The notes: a model not told the origin generated them from the sequence alone. Positions 17,000 through 30,500 are shown, counted from the stretch's first letter. The stretch is 64,000 nucleotides of DNA from the human T2T-CHM13v2.0 reference genome, Homo sapiens (GCF_009914755.1 NC_060927.1), one strand, 5' to 3'. Numbers and translations are program-made.

Positions 17000-17424
17000 C
17001 CACTTTTTCCCAACCTTAATCAAGTGCTGGTTTTATCATCTGCTGACTTAATTCCACTTAGTATTTTTCTTTAAATCAGACCACTTTTATTTAAATAAAT
17101 CAATTTACAAGGAAAATCTTAGTAGAACAATAAAGGGGGAAACTAGTGTTGTCTGCTATAAGAAGTAGTAAATGTGAAAATGAATACTGTGAAAAGAAAA
17201 TTATTTAATTTTATGTTGATGCTTTTGCCAGTGCTGGCTCTGAGCCTGAGGCTTGCTCTCTGTTAAAATGGAGACTAGCACATTTTAGGCAAGTGTTGTC
17301 CACACAGTAGTGTGATATTATCAGGAAAATGGAAAGAGATTGGAAAGGGAGTAAGTTTTCACTTGTCATTTGATGTTATTAATATTAGAGAGTGATACCT
17401 ACTCCATATTGTTGGGAAATACCA
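17000..17424 (+). mobile_element. MER113-like hAT-Charlie fossil
   Basis: tatttttctttaaatcagac...ggctctgagcctgaggcttgctctctgttaaaa...ttgggaaatac. Confidence 0.65.
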
Positions 17425-19469
17425 GCTCAAGTTCTTGAATTTTGTTAAATCAGATGTTTAAAGAGCTATCTACTGAGGCCAGCCTTAGCCCTAGGAAATA
17501 ACAGACCTTGAAAACAGAATTTTAGAATCTCATGTTGATCTGTAAGAAGACCACGTAAGACAAATACCCTTTGTCACCTATCGATAATGTTATATATTGA
17601 GCCACTACTGATCACTGTGAATGGTATTTGAGTCTGTTGGTGAGGCTTCAGTGTAAAACATCTGCATTTCTCTCAGACTGTTCACAAACGGAAGTGTCAA
17701 AATTTGGCTTTTTCATGACTTTATGAACGTAGTTTTAGTAGAAACACTCCTGTGATCTTACAGCTTTCTCTCCTTGCACATATTACAAATCCTGTAAAAT
17801 TAACAGCCACACACATTGCTTGGACTTAATGTTCCTTGATATGCATTGAGGTGGTTTGGATTCTTTTAGATGCTATCATAAATTATATTTTCTGAAACGT
17901 CATTTTCATCAGGATGAACAAATTACTTATATATTCATATGAGAAATTACTCATACTTTTTTGAGCTAAGTAATTGGTTTCAAAGAATGTTAGTACTATA
18001 AGAGAAAAATGAATTTTTTCTCTGAGATCTGATGGACTGGTTCTGGCAAAAATGCTGGTTCTCATTGTTGACAACATTTCTCATAGTTCTGACCAGCAAT
18101 TGCCATCGTATAATTATCTTGCATCACAAAGCAAAGGTTTTACCATTTAATACAGAACACTTCCCTCCCCTTTTGCTCTCTGATTAACTTAGACCTGGAA
18201 AGTAACAGGTTCAGATAGTTTTTAACATGTCATTTTATTTAGCTCATAACTGTTTTTGATAAAGAAAGAAAATGTTTTTTTTCTCTTAAGTATGCTAAAT
18301 TTAAGTCCACTGACTAATGATAACTTTTAATAGTACCTGGTGATTTACAGAGAATTTTTGCATGTATTATCTTATTTCCTGTTCTTAACAATCCACTGAA
18401 TAGATTTTATGCTTAGTTTACAGATCAAAGTCGTAAATTAAATTTCATTCACACAGATAAAATATACCAACCAGACCATCTTTTCTACCTACTAACATTG
18501 ATTTATTTTGCATGATAAGGATGTATAGAGTAAAAAAAATTCGGAGACAATATGAATTGCATGTGTCACAAAACTATCATTAGTGACAGATGTTCTAGCT
18601 GAAGTAGAATTTTAAGTTTGCTTCAAGAAGCTGGATCAGTATTGTAAACCTGTTACCTCAGAACATTTAGTAATTCAAAGATATAATGATGGTAGGTAGA
18701 TAATTGATTTAGCGTAGTCATTGGATTTCTCTTCTGCCTGTTCTACTTTATTTAATTCTAAATCATAGTCGCTATCTAAAGCCAAACTCCTCCTCTTTTT
18801 GTATGAGACTCGTAGCATTTTGTAGCTTCTTTAGAGAATTGGCTGACATGTTTATTTCTGCAGTCAGTATAAAGACTGAAACTTGTTGCAGAGCAAAAAA
18901 AAATTACCTCACTCTTTTGCTTGGAAGACTTGTACCAGGTCTTTCTCCAGCAGTCGGGGGATGAGCCAGGGATGGGAGCTAACCAAAACAGGCACATGAA
19001 AACATGAATGATGTCAAGGTGGACATTAGTTTAACTCTGGAAGGAAATTCCAGGTTGGCCTTTTGCCCTAAACTTCTTGTCATTAAGTAACCATTTTTGG
19101 ATAAAGAAAGAAAATGTTTTTTATTTCACTTGTCATTTATTGTTATTAATATTAGAGAGTGATAGCGTGACATACAGTGTATTCATTTTTTTCTCTGCTA
19201 CAAGTGAAAAAATGCTAATTAAATTTTTCAGATAACTTAAGTAGCATTAGATAAAGGTTTATTCTCTCTCAGCTAATATAAATTTATCTTTTTTCCTTAG
19301 TTGTATTATAAGCAAATATCTTTAAAATAAAGTTATGTCATTTGTAGGAGCAACATTTTAATTTCTAGATATAAAATGTACTTATTTTTCCTCTTACTGA
19401 TATCTGTGCTTTTATGAATGTCTGTGCCTTTGGGGCTGCTTTAGAAAGGAATTAAACTAGCAATGGTAT

Positions 19470-20290
19470 TATTCATGCATTTAACAAAATTTACTGGTGC
19501 CTAATATATGCTAGGCATTGCCCTCCACTGAGGTAGGAAAACAGTGTCTATGATTTCATGCACCTTATATTCTGACTTAATACAATACATTGTATTAAGG
19601 AGGAGAGAGAAAAATGAAATTGTGTGAAATCAGATTGTTTCAGGTAGTGATAAATGCTAGGAATAATGTGAGAGAAAATGACTGGGGCAGACCACTTTAG
19701 GTAAGGCTAGTTAAAGAAAGCCTGTCTCTGGAGTTGATGTTTAAACTCAGTGATGAAAGAGAGCCAGCCCATTTGAAGATGTAGAGGACAAGTGCTTCAC
19801 ATAGAGGAAATAGCAAGTGCAGAGGTCCTTAGATGGAAGTGGTCTTGGCAGAAAGGCCAGTGAGGAGGCCTAAGGACAGTGTGCAAGGAGGAAAGGGGTC
19901 CAAGTTGAAACTGGAGAAAGTGGGTCCAGGACCAGATGACACTGGGCCCTGCAAGCCATGAGAAGAATCAGGATTGGACGGCGCAGGCAATGGGAAGTCG
20001 CTGGAGGGTTTTGGCCAGGAAGTGTTATGATCACGTGGTTGCTGTATGGAACACGGGGCAAATGTGGAACCAGGGAGACCAGTTAGTGAGCTGTTTTATA
20101 CTAGTTAAGGTGAGAGCTGGATCAGGAGAGAAAGCTTAGATTAGGATTGTAGCAGCAGGGGCAGAGAAGTGTGAACAGAATTAAAATCTGCATCGGAAAT
20201 ATAAAGCCAGCAGGGCTTGCTGATGGACTGGGAAAGGAAGGGAGGAGGAATGACTCATGGGGTTTTTGGCTCAAGCAGCTGGATGAATTT
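19470..20290 (-). mobile_element. L2 LINE fragment
   Basis: attcatgcatttaacaaaatttactggtgcctaatatatgctaggcattg...gggcttgctgatggactgg. Confidence 0.65.
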
Positions 20291-22012
20291 ACTTGAGCTT
20301 ATGGATCAGGAGGTTGTTCTTTCAGTTTGTATATGGGCATTTATTTTTAATGAGGTGCACTGACCTGAATAAAAAGTGTTGATGTATTATATTAAGTCTT
20401 TAGGCATTTTCTAAAGATTATAGAAGAAAATAATTATTGCAGTGATGCCAAGTTGGGGGTGGGGGGTCATTTTTTCTTTTCAGTTTTTTAATGTTTCTGT
20501 AATCTAGTCATACAAGCCAGGAAACAAAAGATACTGTGTGCACTTTCCTGGGACTTCTCATGTATTCATTGGGTAATTGTGAAAATTTATTGACTAACAA
20601 AAACCACTGCCTTTCAATTTGTTTTTAATTATTAAAATAAAATACATTGTAAAAGAAATTAAACAACCAGAGGATAAGTATGCAATCAGACTGAAGAAAG
20701 CTCCTTCATCTTACTTTTCAGGGGTACAGTTTGACATGTACTCTTGGAGGGTTCCTAGAACCTGGACAAAGTAATATTTACCAATGTATTTTTTCCCCTC
20801 ACATAAAAAAAAGTAGATTCAGTGTGAATTTACATTTTTAACTTAATAATCTATCTAAAATATTTTTTCATGTTAATACATATTGTTCTGCTATAATCTT
20901 TTTAAGGACTGCCTGTTATTCCACTTTATTAATGTATTTTCACTTAACCTGACTCCTGTTGATGGACACTTAGATCTTCAGTGTTGCATTACTGTATACA
21001 GTGCTCTAAGGACCGTCCTTCTTTGGGAATGTCTGTCAGTATTTTAGCATATTGATTCTCCGCATGGAACCTGGTCACAGTGCCCTCCAGGTTTGTACTA
21101 CTGTGATTTGATGAACTACTTCAGCAGTTCTGATTTGGGTTGCCACAATAATAAGGCAGTGAAAATGTGAGTTTCTGGCAATATCTATCTTTATATATAT
21201 ATAAATTGTTTATAATGTGTATATGGATCAAAACATTACACTGTACTGTAAATATATAGAACTTTTATTTGTCATTTATACCTTAATAAAGTAGAGGAAA
21301 AAACAGTTGGAAATTTTTTTTAAAAAGGCTTAATAAAAATTAAGTAAGAAATTATTATTTAATATATATATGAATTGTTGATATTCACCAGTGTCACTCT
21401 TGACTTGCCTGCTACATGTAGAAATCATTAGCTATTATAGGATTGCCATGCTTCAGCTTTAATGGAGATATTTCGGGATATAAATCCATATTTTATTTAT
21501 ATTTTCTAAAAAGTACTTTTCCTGACAGTCATTTCACAAGACTAATTTGTACGATGACTAAGATAAACACACCTGCGATTTCAACCCCACTAAGCTGTGA
21601 TCTTACATATGACCAGAAGAGGGAGTTTTTATCACTTCTTAATGCTGTGGTACCTACTACCTGACTGGAATAATTCCTCTGATGTATGTACTAGTCCAAG
21701 TCCATAAAACAGACTGGTTTGGGAGGGGCCCAATAGCTAAATTTAGCTATTTCCCTCATCCCACATTTTGTATGTAGAAATCCCACTCTTGAGGTTTACT
21801 TCAAAGTAATTTTATACCTTTTCATCTTGTGCATTTGAATGTTAAAAAAGAAGAACAGATAATTATTTCCATTTAAAATAAAATACAAATAGCCCCTGAT
21901 CACACAATATAGAGTTCTTGGTTTGTATTCTCTTCAGGTCACAAATAAACTTTGGAATGAAATTTGTTTCGTTGCCTCTTATGCTTGATATATTTATTAA
22001 AAAGGTCGTTAG

Positions 22013-22339
<327 letters not shown>

Positions 22340-22517
22340 TAGTGAGCTTTAGAGAGTTAAGATGTTATTTTGCCAAAGTGGCTAATAGGCCTTTTTCTGG
22401 GTGATTCAACTGTGGTCTGTTGTGCTACTTGAGTCTCAGTCTGCTTAGCCAAACAAATTAAGAGAGTGACAATAATCAAGATACACTTGTTTGATGTAAT
22501 ACCAGAATTTTGTATTT

Positions 22518-22825
22518 CTTTTTTTTTTTTTTTTTTCTTCTTCAAGACAGATTCTCACTCTCTTGCCCAGGCTAGAGTGCAGTGGCGTGATCTTGGCTCA
22601 CTGTAACCCCCACCTCCCGGGCTCAAGCAATCCTTCCACCTCAGCCCTTCCAGTACCTGGGACTACAGGCACACGCCACCACACCTAGCTAATTTTTGTA
22701 TTTTTTGTAGAGGCAGGGTTTCACCATGTTGCCCAGGCTGGTCTCAAACTCCTGGGCTGAAGCAATCCACCTGCCTCTGCCTCCTGAAGTGCTGGGATTA
22801 CAGGTGTGAACCACCACACTCGGCC
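22518..22825 (-). mobile_element. AluJ with a perfect 14-bp TSD
   Basis: agaattttgtattt at 22504-22517 and 22826-22839. Confidence 0.93.
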
Positions 22826-23179
22826 AGAATTTTGTATTTAATTTTTCTTAGCTACCTTCACAGTGCATTTTTGTAACACAAATTTTTTAGACCTGTTTCT
22901 TTATAGATTTTTTGATTGGCATATGAATATATGAAATATATACACCTATAACGTATTTTTATATAAATACACAAATGTAATCATCTCAACTATTTTCAGT
23001 GCAGCCTTTTTCTTATTTCATTGGCTCTTTCAACTTACCTGCCTTCTCTAACTGTAGCAGTCCATGCTACGCTATAAATCATACATGCTGCATTCTTAGT
23101 ATGTAACTTAATATGCATCCTTGTATATTTTTCTCATGCTTCTAACTCTATCCAGGCACATAGAATCACGTATTTTATT

Positions 23180-23600
23180 AGTAGGGGCTTTTGGTGATAG
23201 TTTTACAAAAAAGTGGATCCTATTATGCACACTTCTGCTCCTTTTCTACTCAACAATACCTCATGTAAATCCATTCACAGCCCTGGATAACACTAATCCC
23301 CTCTTTTTAATGGTTGCATACTGCTCTAAAGTGTGGCTGTGCTGTAGCTTCCTCTGCCAGGCCCTCTATGGACATTCATTTTGTTTCTTGCTTTTTGTCT
23401 GTGTGAACCAAACAGCAGTACCCACTCTGGTACATACATACTTAATTACTGGTGGTTTAGTTTCTGTGGGATAGAGTCTCAGGAAGGGATTCCTGGGTCA
23501 CAAAAGACTAGTTATTTGCAGTGTTAATAGCTGCTGCTGGATTGCTTTCCAAAAAGGCTGTAATGCTTTATATCTCTACCAGCCACTATGAGAGTTATCT
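23180..23600 (-). mobile_element. Old L1 (L1ME-like) 3' fragment
   Basis: tttctgtgggatagagtctcaggaagggattcctgggtca...gattgctttccaaaaaggctgta. Confidence 0.55.
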
Positions 23601-23681
23601 CCAAAGGAGTAGGTGTTGTATTTATTTTTCTAAGCTTCCATTTAATTTTCTAAAGCCTCTTACAATGTTCCTTAGACACAT

Positions 23682-23683
<2 letters not shown>

Positions 23684-23719
<36 letters not shown>
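23684..23719. repeat. (AC)18 microsatellite
   Basis: Direct reading. Confidence 0.95.
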
Positions 23720-23721
<2 letters not shown>

Positions 23722-26559
23722 ATGATTAATTTTAATTTGAAATAAATTCCTCAAACAACCACAAGTCTAGTAATACTTAATAATATGAGACAAAGAGATC
23801 TTTCAAAACGAGTGATTATTTTAAAAAATATTTAAACAATTATAGGCAGTTTCTCGGGCGTCTATGGGAAGTTTCTATTCATTCTGTATGGAATTTAAGG
23901 AAGAAATCTCATTCTCTTATGCTAGGATTCCCCTGTGCAAAATGTGAGGCCTCCTAGAGGATCATAATTTTGAGTGTGATTAATTGCAAGGCCAAGGAAA
24001 AACTATGGCCAGTTTTGTTTCTGATCTCCCTATCCTCTTTGCAGTTGGTATGACTGGTCACCTTATAAAGGTGTTCATTGTGTGTTTCAAATAATGACTG
24101 GGCTGAGGTCACGCTGTGGTTAACTCAAAGCCTGTGTAAATCAGGCCATGAAGATATATTTTATTTGCCTGCCTTACACACATGAAGTGTGGCTGAGCCC
24201 TGGAGAGCCATCGACCAAAAGATCAGCTGGAGGAAGGCTGCTGCATGGTTTTAGCCCCCAAGGTGAATTATCCCCATTTAAATTTCATCTCCCACCTCTC
24301 CTAATCCAGTGTGAGTACCTAATGAGCTCTGGATAATAACATAGCAACATTTCTAGGTGAAGCTAATCTGATTCTGGATAGCAGGCTTCCAGGCCCACAG
24401 CCGAATGAATTGCTTGGTATTTCCAAGTTTGAAAATACTTTTTTCCCCTTTCAAGTGCTCCTTGGCAGCAGGTAAGGAATGTTAAAGCTCCTGTAAGTGC
24501 CAATTAAGGCCAATTATAACTCACCCGGCCTGCTGAGACAGTGAAGTGGAGTTAGTGGAGACTTGTATTCCTGTAAAATGGAGAACTGGCTTTCACCAAT
24601 GATAGGAACACAGTATTTCATAACTGCCAACAGCTTGTTTATTGCCCTCCAGAGCACTGAATGACACCTCTGCTGGCTTCTCAAGGATTCAGTTTAGGAA
24701 ATCCCAAGATTTGTAGGGGACTTGACTAATTTCTATAATAGAAACCTCAGTTTTTCTGTTTCTGTTTAACTCCTCTATCATCCATCCAGTTTCTCCTTGG
24801 TTGTAATCATAATAGCTAACATTTGCTGAACGTTTAACAAGTGCTGGGCGTTGCATTACCTGCATTATCTCAAATTTACTCCTCACCCCAGGCTTGTGGG
24901 AGGAGGCAGTATCAGTCCTTAGCTCTCCTGAGTCTCTTGCCCACGGCTGCACAACTAGAAGTGCTCAGACTGCAGGCTGGCTGCCCCCTGAACCCAAACC
25001 TTGAGTGTTCCTCCTAGCCTCCTGCAAGTTTGCCTGTTTGCTGCGAATAGGCTAATGCACAGTTCAGAACTCCCTTTGTGCACTAGAGTAAAATTGACAT
25101 GTGTACACCATCCAAACCACAGCTGATACATATAATTTTCGGTCAGTGAGGCACGGATGTTATTCTATTAAGATGTTATTTTAGTCTGTAGTATTTTTTT
25201 AGTCTGTAGTCTTAATTTTTTTCTTAGGGAAAAAGAAATATGACCATGTCCCCAGACCTAGACAATTAACGTCTGAGCCATCATTGGGATATTTAATATC
25301 AAAATAAACTTTATTTGGATAGGATATCGAGAAACGGTTTGAAGAAAATTGTGATAATGCTTTACAAGCAGAACAAAGCAGTATTTGCTTAAACATTTTA
25401 TTCAGGGCATTAAGGGGGCACATGTGAGTGTTTAAAATTTTAATCTGAGCTTTGTTCTCAATTTCTGTGTATGTGTACAAAATTAATATTTTCCTGGCAT
25501 ACACGACCATTCATCCCTTTTCTGATGTAGGTCTTAAAAATAAGTTAAAATTCGTTTTTCTCTTGTTTATTTGTGAACTTAAATATAGACGTTTGTTTGT
25601 AGCATTTAAGAACATTTGCTAAAATTCACCCTGGTTTTTTACAGGGTTGCAGAACGACTTGATTCTTAGAACTGTCTTGGATTGGCTGACTCTCATAACG
25701 ATATTTTTCCCCACTGTATTTCGTACAATCACTGTGTACGAAAGGGAATATTAGAAAGGCAAGCATTTGTGCTAGGAAGGCCAGCAAGGACTCTGGTGTT
25801 CTGTCATACAAGTACAGTGATAGGGAAGTGAGATTTAGCTCCAGAAAGATCCTCCTACCCTGTTCTTTTCTGCTATTGATGGCATTAAGGAGATTCCTTG
25901 GCTACCCCTGCAGGGAGGGCAGGTGAAGTAGGGTGAACAATACTAAGACCTGTGGCAATCAGGTTTTACAGCCATGGAATTTTTTTTTTCTAGCTTAAGA
26001 AAAGCTTCAGTGAATTAACTTAAAATTCTTATTTTCGCTTATGAGCTTTTAAAAAGATTTGGGAGATGTATCCTCATCCTGTGCTTCTAAGGCTTGCTGA
26101 TGGCTCTTCCCTTGCGTTCTTCTAGTGTCTTCTAAGGGCTTCCATAGTTTTGGATTGTATGAACGTTACTGTAAGGAATCTGGGGGAAAAAAAGTGGGTT
26201 TCAGAAAACCCCCTGGGTCTTAGTATTGTTGACATGGGTTGGGATCTGAATCCTTGTGAAAATAGGGCAGTGCAGCTACTGTTCTTCTGTTTTAGAGTCA
26301 ATTTAGAATTTGGTCTAATAGAAGCCGTTTTCATGCCTCTCTCAGAACTCTTCCCCGCACCTTTCAGGCTAAATCATTTCCACATATGTAATTCATGACT
26401 TTTGCCAAATATTCTGTATGGGGTGATAGGATTCTGTAGAAGAATCTTTTGCTGCTTCTTTTGACATTTAAAAGAGTTCATTTTGAACTATCAGGTATCT
26501 AAGTCATTATTATCATAAAACTCAGATCACTTGGCAGTTTTTTCCATGTCACTTGTGGG

Positions 26560-26710
26560 GATTTTTTGTTGTTGTTTTGTTTTTATTAGAACTCTGTCAC
26601 CTGGGCTGGAGTGCGGTGGCACAGTCATAGCTTACTGCAGCCTCAAACTCCTGGACTCTTGCCTCACCCTCCCAGGTAGTTGGGATTACAGGTGTGAGCC
26701 ATTACACCCC
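26560..26710 (-). mobile_element. Alu monomer (FLAM-like)
   Basis: Single arm: ctgggctggagtgcggtggc...gggattacaggtgtgagcca. Confidence 0.8.
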
Positions 26711-27521
26711 ATTCTGTGTCATTTGACAGTAGATTTGTTGATTGGCCAGAGAGAGGGAGTGTGATAGGGATGATAGGGAAACAGGCCAGGAAGACACTGT
26801 TTTCAAGGGGGCACTCAGTGAGAGAAATTCTTGGATTTAAAAGTATGAAAGCTTTAGTCAGTCCTCTAGTGATTGAACAACAAACTGGACAAATGTGGAT
26901 ATGAAATTATACATATTTTACAAATATGCACAGAAAGTGGGTTCAGATATTTTGTTACTAGATTTAGGAAGGAAAAGTATGCTTAGGAATAATAAACTTT
27001 TTTTGAAAAGCTTAGCAACTGTAGATAGTATAGGGGAAATAAAACCTGGAAAAATGCTGCAGGTATTTTATAGAAATGTTTAACTTTAAGACCTTTAGGT
27101 CTACCGAGACTTAAAATGTAGGTTTTTAAATAAATCATGTAAGTTTTGTAATATACCTGGTAGTAGCTTTGTCAGTTTAAAGGTATTCAGAAAAAAAATT
27201 CACAAAATATAAGTAATTTGCATTTTAGCAGGTTAAACTTATAAATTCCATCTTCCCCAGTTTTGACAAGTTGCCTTTCCAATAGAAAGATTAATTTACA
27301 CCAGCCAGGACGCCTTGTATGACCATATTAGATGAAATTAGACTCCACCCCCTGTTTTCTGTTGATCTGCCAGGACCTTTGTAATTCAAGTGCTTTTTAC
27401 AGTAGTAGCAAATGTTACATAAGCCCAAACATGGAGCATATTTGGAGTTGGTGGGCAGACCCAAATCATGATGCAAGCCTGCAGTAGCAAGTGTGCAATG
27501 AAGCACAACCAAATTCTGTGA

Positions 27522-27585
27522 ATGGAAGGTAGCAAGACGCCTCTCCAAAGCAGCCCTTCTGCGCAGGAGCTGAAAGCTCCACTGG
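27522..27585 (+). CDS. ATXN7: Coding part of alternative internal first exon (short isoform, 21+726=747 aa, lacking polyQ and most of the N-terminal zinc finger)
   Basis: ATG GAA GGT ... CCA CTG G|gtaagt = MEGSKTPLQSSPSAQELKAPL; strong phase-1 donor matching the acceptor at 39525; matches my recollection of an annotated short isoform. Confidence 0.85.
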
Positions 27586-30500
27586 GTAAGTTTTCTGAGG
27601 CAGTTTTCAGAGTCTGGGCTTGGCTCAGGGCCCAGCTCTGGATGAGCCTGTGGACGGTGGGGTAGGTCTTTGCTAACCTTACATAGAACCAAGCAGATTT
27701 GGGAAGAGTTTATGCAGGCCTTTTTCCTCCTGGCATTTGTCTTGCCTTGCCAGCAGGCCAGGAGGGTTCTGCTGCTCAAGTAGTGGAGGGAGGGAGCCTG
27801 CAGAGCTAGGGGATCAGCGTGGGTAATCGCAGCCACAGGGATTAGCTGCTGCAAGCTGTCCACAGAAGCCATTCTGAAATGTCATTTGAGTGATCTGGCC
27901 AAAGTTCAGATGCAGACGGGAGCCGAGTTTGTTATTAACTCCAACAAAATGCTGAGGTTTGCACCAAACAGTTCCCATATCTCAAAACAGAGAGAGTATT
28001 GGTTACATCTCTCTCTAAAAATGGAGGAACGTTGTAACACGCTTTAACTGTTTGTTTTTTATCTTACTTGTGGTAAGTGAGGTTTCATGACAGGCAGTTT
28101 GCAGTGTTTCCTGTAGAATGTGTTTGAAAGCTGTTTTGTCAGATACTTCAATTCCACAGCAAAGTTTCAAACAGAACACTGCGTCAAGAGGAAGAACAAC
28201 TTCAAAATACAAACAGTAACCCTGGGAAGTCATTCAGTAACTTAAATTGAGTGTATAAAAATTTAATTATGGACTGACTGCCAGAAAAGATGATTTTTTT
28301 TAGTTGTGTTATTAAGGTAGCCAGCAGAGCTAAGCTGATTCTTGGGTGGATGTGTGGAGGCTGGTCTCAATATTACCTTACCTGTCTCAGACCTTCTGTC
28401 TTCATGCGGGAAGTGAGGTGTCAATTGAGTTCTTCAGTTTTCAGGGGATTCAGATTTCATGCCTTGTGTAATAATGAGCTTGACCGGAAGGTTTTAATTG
28501 AGGTTGAAATTGAGCTCCCCAGTTGTAGGACTTTAAATATGAAAAGATCTTAAACCTTTAATCAAATTGCTGTTGATTCTCTATAATTGATTTTTCTGAA
28601 AACTCTTGTCAGACAGTTTTAGGTTCACTGTTTCTGCTTTCGTTTTTGCATGTCACTTCTGATGTTTTATTAGTTGACAGCCCTGGCATGCAGGTGGAGC
28701 AGATACTGTTTCTCTCTTCAGAAAAAATAAATGTGTGTTGCAGACTCATTGAAAACATTGGCATTCCTGGGTAATTAATCACTCATTCCTTATTAAAAGA
28801 ATGTATAATGAAGGAATCTGTAAGGCTGTGTTCAAAATGTGAGGTTTTTCTTATTTCCATGTTCTGGTCTTCAGGTATTCTGCCCTCCCCCACCCAGAAT
28901 AAGGTGATATAAAAAGGATATAAAACCAGTGGAAAATGGCAATAAGGATTGTGACTGGCTCAGTGTAGCACTTTTCAGCAGATAGTTTTGTCATTTCGTT
29001 GTACCTTGCAGAGTTGCTCTTGTTTGTTGGACTGTGGGAAGATGATGCTCCCTGTTGGGATTCCTACACAGAAATTTCTATTTTAAAAGACAAAACAGAA
29101 ACAACCAAACAAAAACAAGGCAGCTCCTCTAAATTGAGTTTTACCAGGTTCCTTTTATTCTCTCTCTTTTTATGTTTTTGTAAAAATTGGATTGGAGTGG
29201 TTAACGGCATAGTTTTGTTTTGTTTTTTTAATTGTCTTTTAGCATTTTGGTAATAGCCCATATGTTTCATTTGGGAAAACAGTGACCTAGACCAAATTGA
29301 GACTATAGAGATACTTGTGTAAAGACTGAGTATGTTTGATGCTTGAACTACAGATAGTATAACAAATTGGAAGGCTATCCTTATAAAGGTAAATTGCTAA
29401 AATTCTAAAGTGTTCTTTTCCCTAACACATAGAGGATTGAATCAAAAGTAGCTAGAGACTGGTGGATTTTCGTTTTGGCTCTCTCTTTTCTTCTCACCTG
29501 TATACCTGAGGTATAGAAACAGTTCAAGTGAATGATGGTGTAAGAGGGAGAAAGGGGAGTGAAATTTTACAAAATGATGTGCATCACTCAGATAGTGAGG
29601 TCAAATAAATCGGCCAGGGTGATTTATTGCTGTACTCTGTCAGCATCATTTGGGTAACACCGTGCTCTCTGAGGATAGCAGAGAGAAGTCCTTATGGCTG
29701 TTAGCAAAGTAGAAGTGTCAGCCAGCATGTCATTCATTGTGTGGTATCTGTAGTCAGAAACAGTGACATAAAGATCACAGAGGTGGCATAAACAGTTGGA
29801 TGGTTGTGTTAACACTCAAAAGCAACAGCATCCTTTTCCCAAAATGTACTTTCCCTAAGTGTTGTGTGTATGCATGTGTTAGAGAGGATGATAATCCTCT
29901 GGTCAAAAGTCTGCACCTTGAACAGGGTTGCAGGAGCATAAAAAGGGCGTCCTTCAGGAACTGAACTGATCACTCAGACCACTCAGTTTTATGTAAGACA
30001 AGCTGTTTTTTGAAAGACAAAAAAAAAGGGTGTTATACTCATAGCTGAGGTGATCAACTGTTGTGACATTCTGTACCTCCTCTTTTTCCCTATCATTCCG
30101 TATTTTTCAATAAAATATTTGGATTTTTTTTAAAGCCCTTTTACAAATGTTTGCAAAAAGCAACAAGTTAGGCAGGGAAGGAGTATCCCCCAGATATTCA
30201 ATAACTTTTTCATATTTCTCACATACTTGAAAGCAGAGTTTAGAAAGAACAGTCCTTTTGGGAAGAATTCCTGGCAAGAGGATTATTTGAGGTTGCCATA
30301 TTTCTGCTCCTTTCTTAGCAACATTATTTACAATCCATTCACGCCTGTCCCTTCCCCCACTGGAGTGGAGTCGTTCTCCCTTGTAATCTGCCCTTTGTGA
30401 TCTGTTCTCTTTCATGCAGCCAGTGTGAATGGGTATGCTGCAGTGCGCGCTCTGCCCAGAGACGTGGAAATGCCAGGAGACCCGAATACTTTAGTGGGGC

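Noticed and set aside
27291-27872. 193-aa minus-strand ORF overlapping the internal first exon
   Set aside because: No recognisable domain or splice structure; plausibly a stop-poor GC-richer promoter region. Not supportable as a gene without expression data.
28021-28078. Strong-Kozak ATG (aaaATGG) with nearby GTG|gtaagt donor as another first exon
   Set aside because: The frame hits TAA after 8 codons, before reaching the donor.
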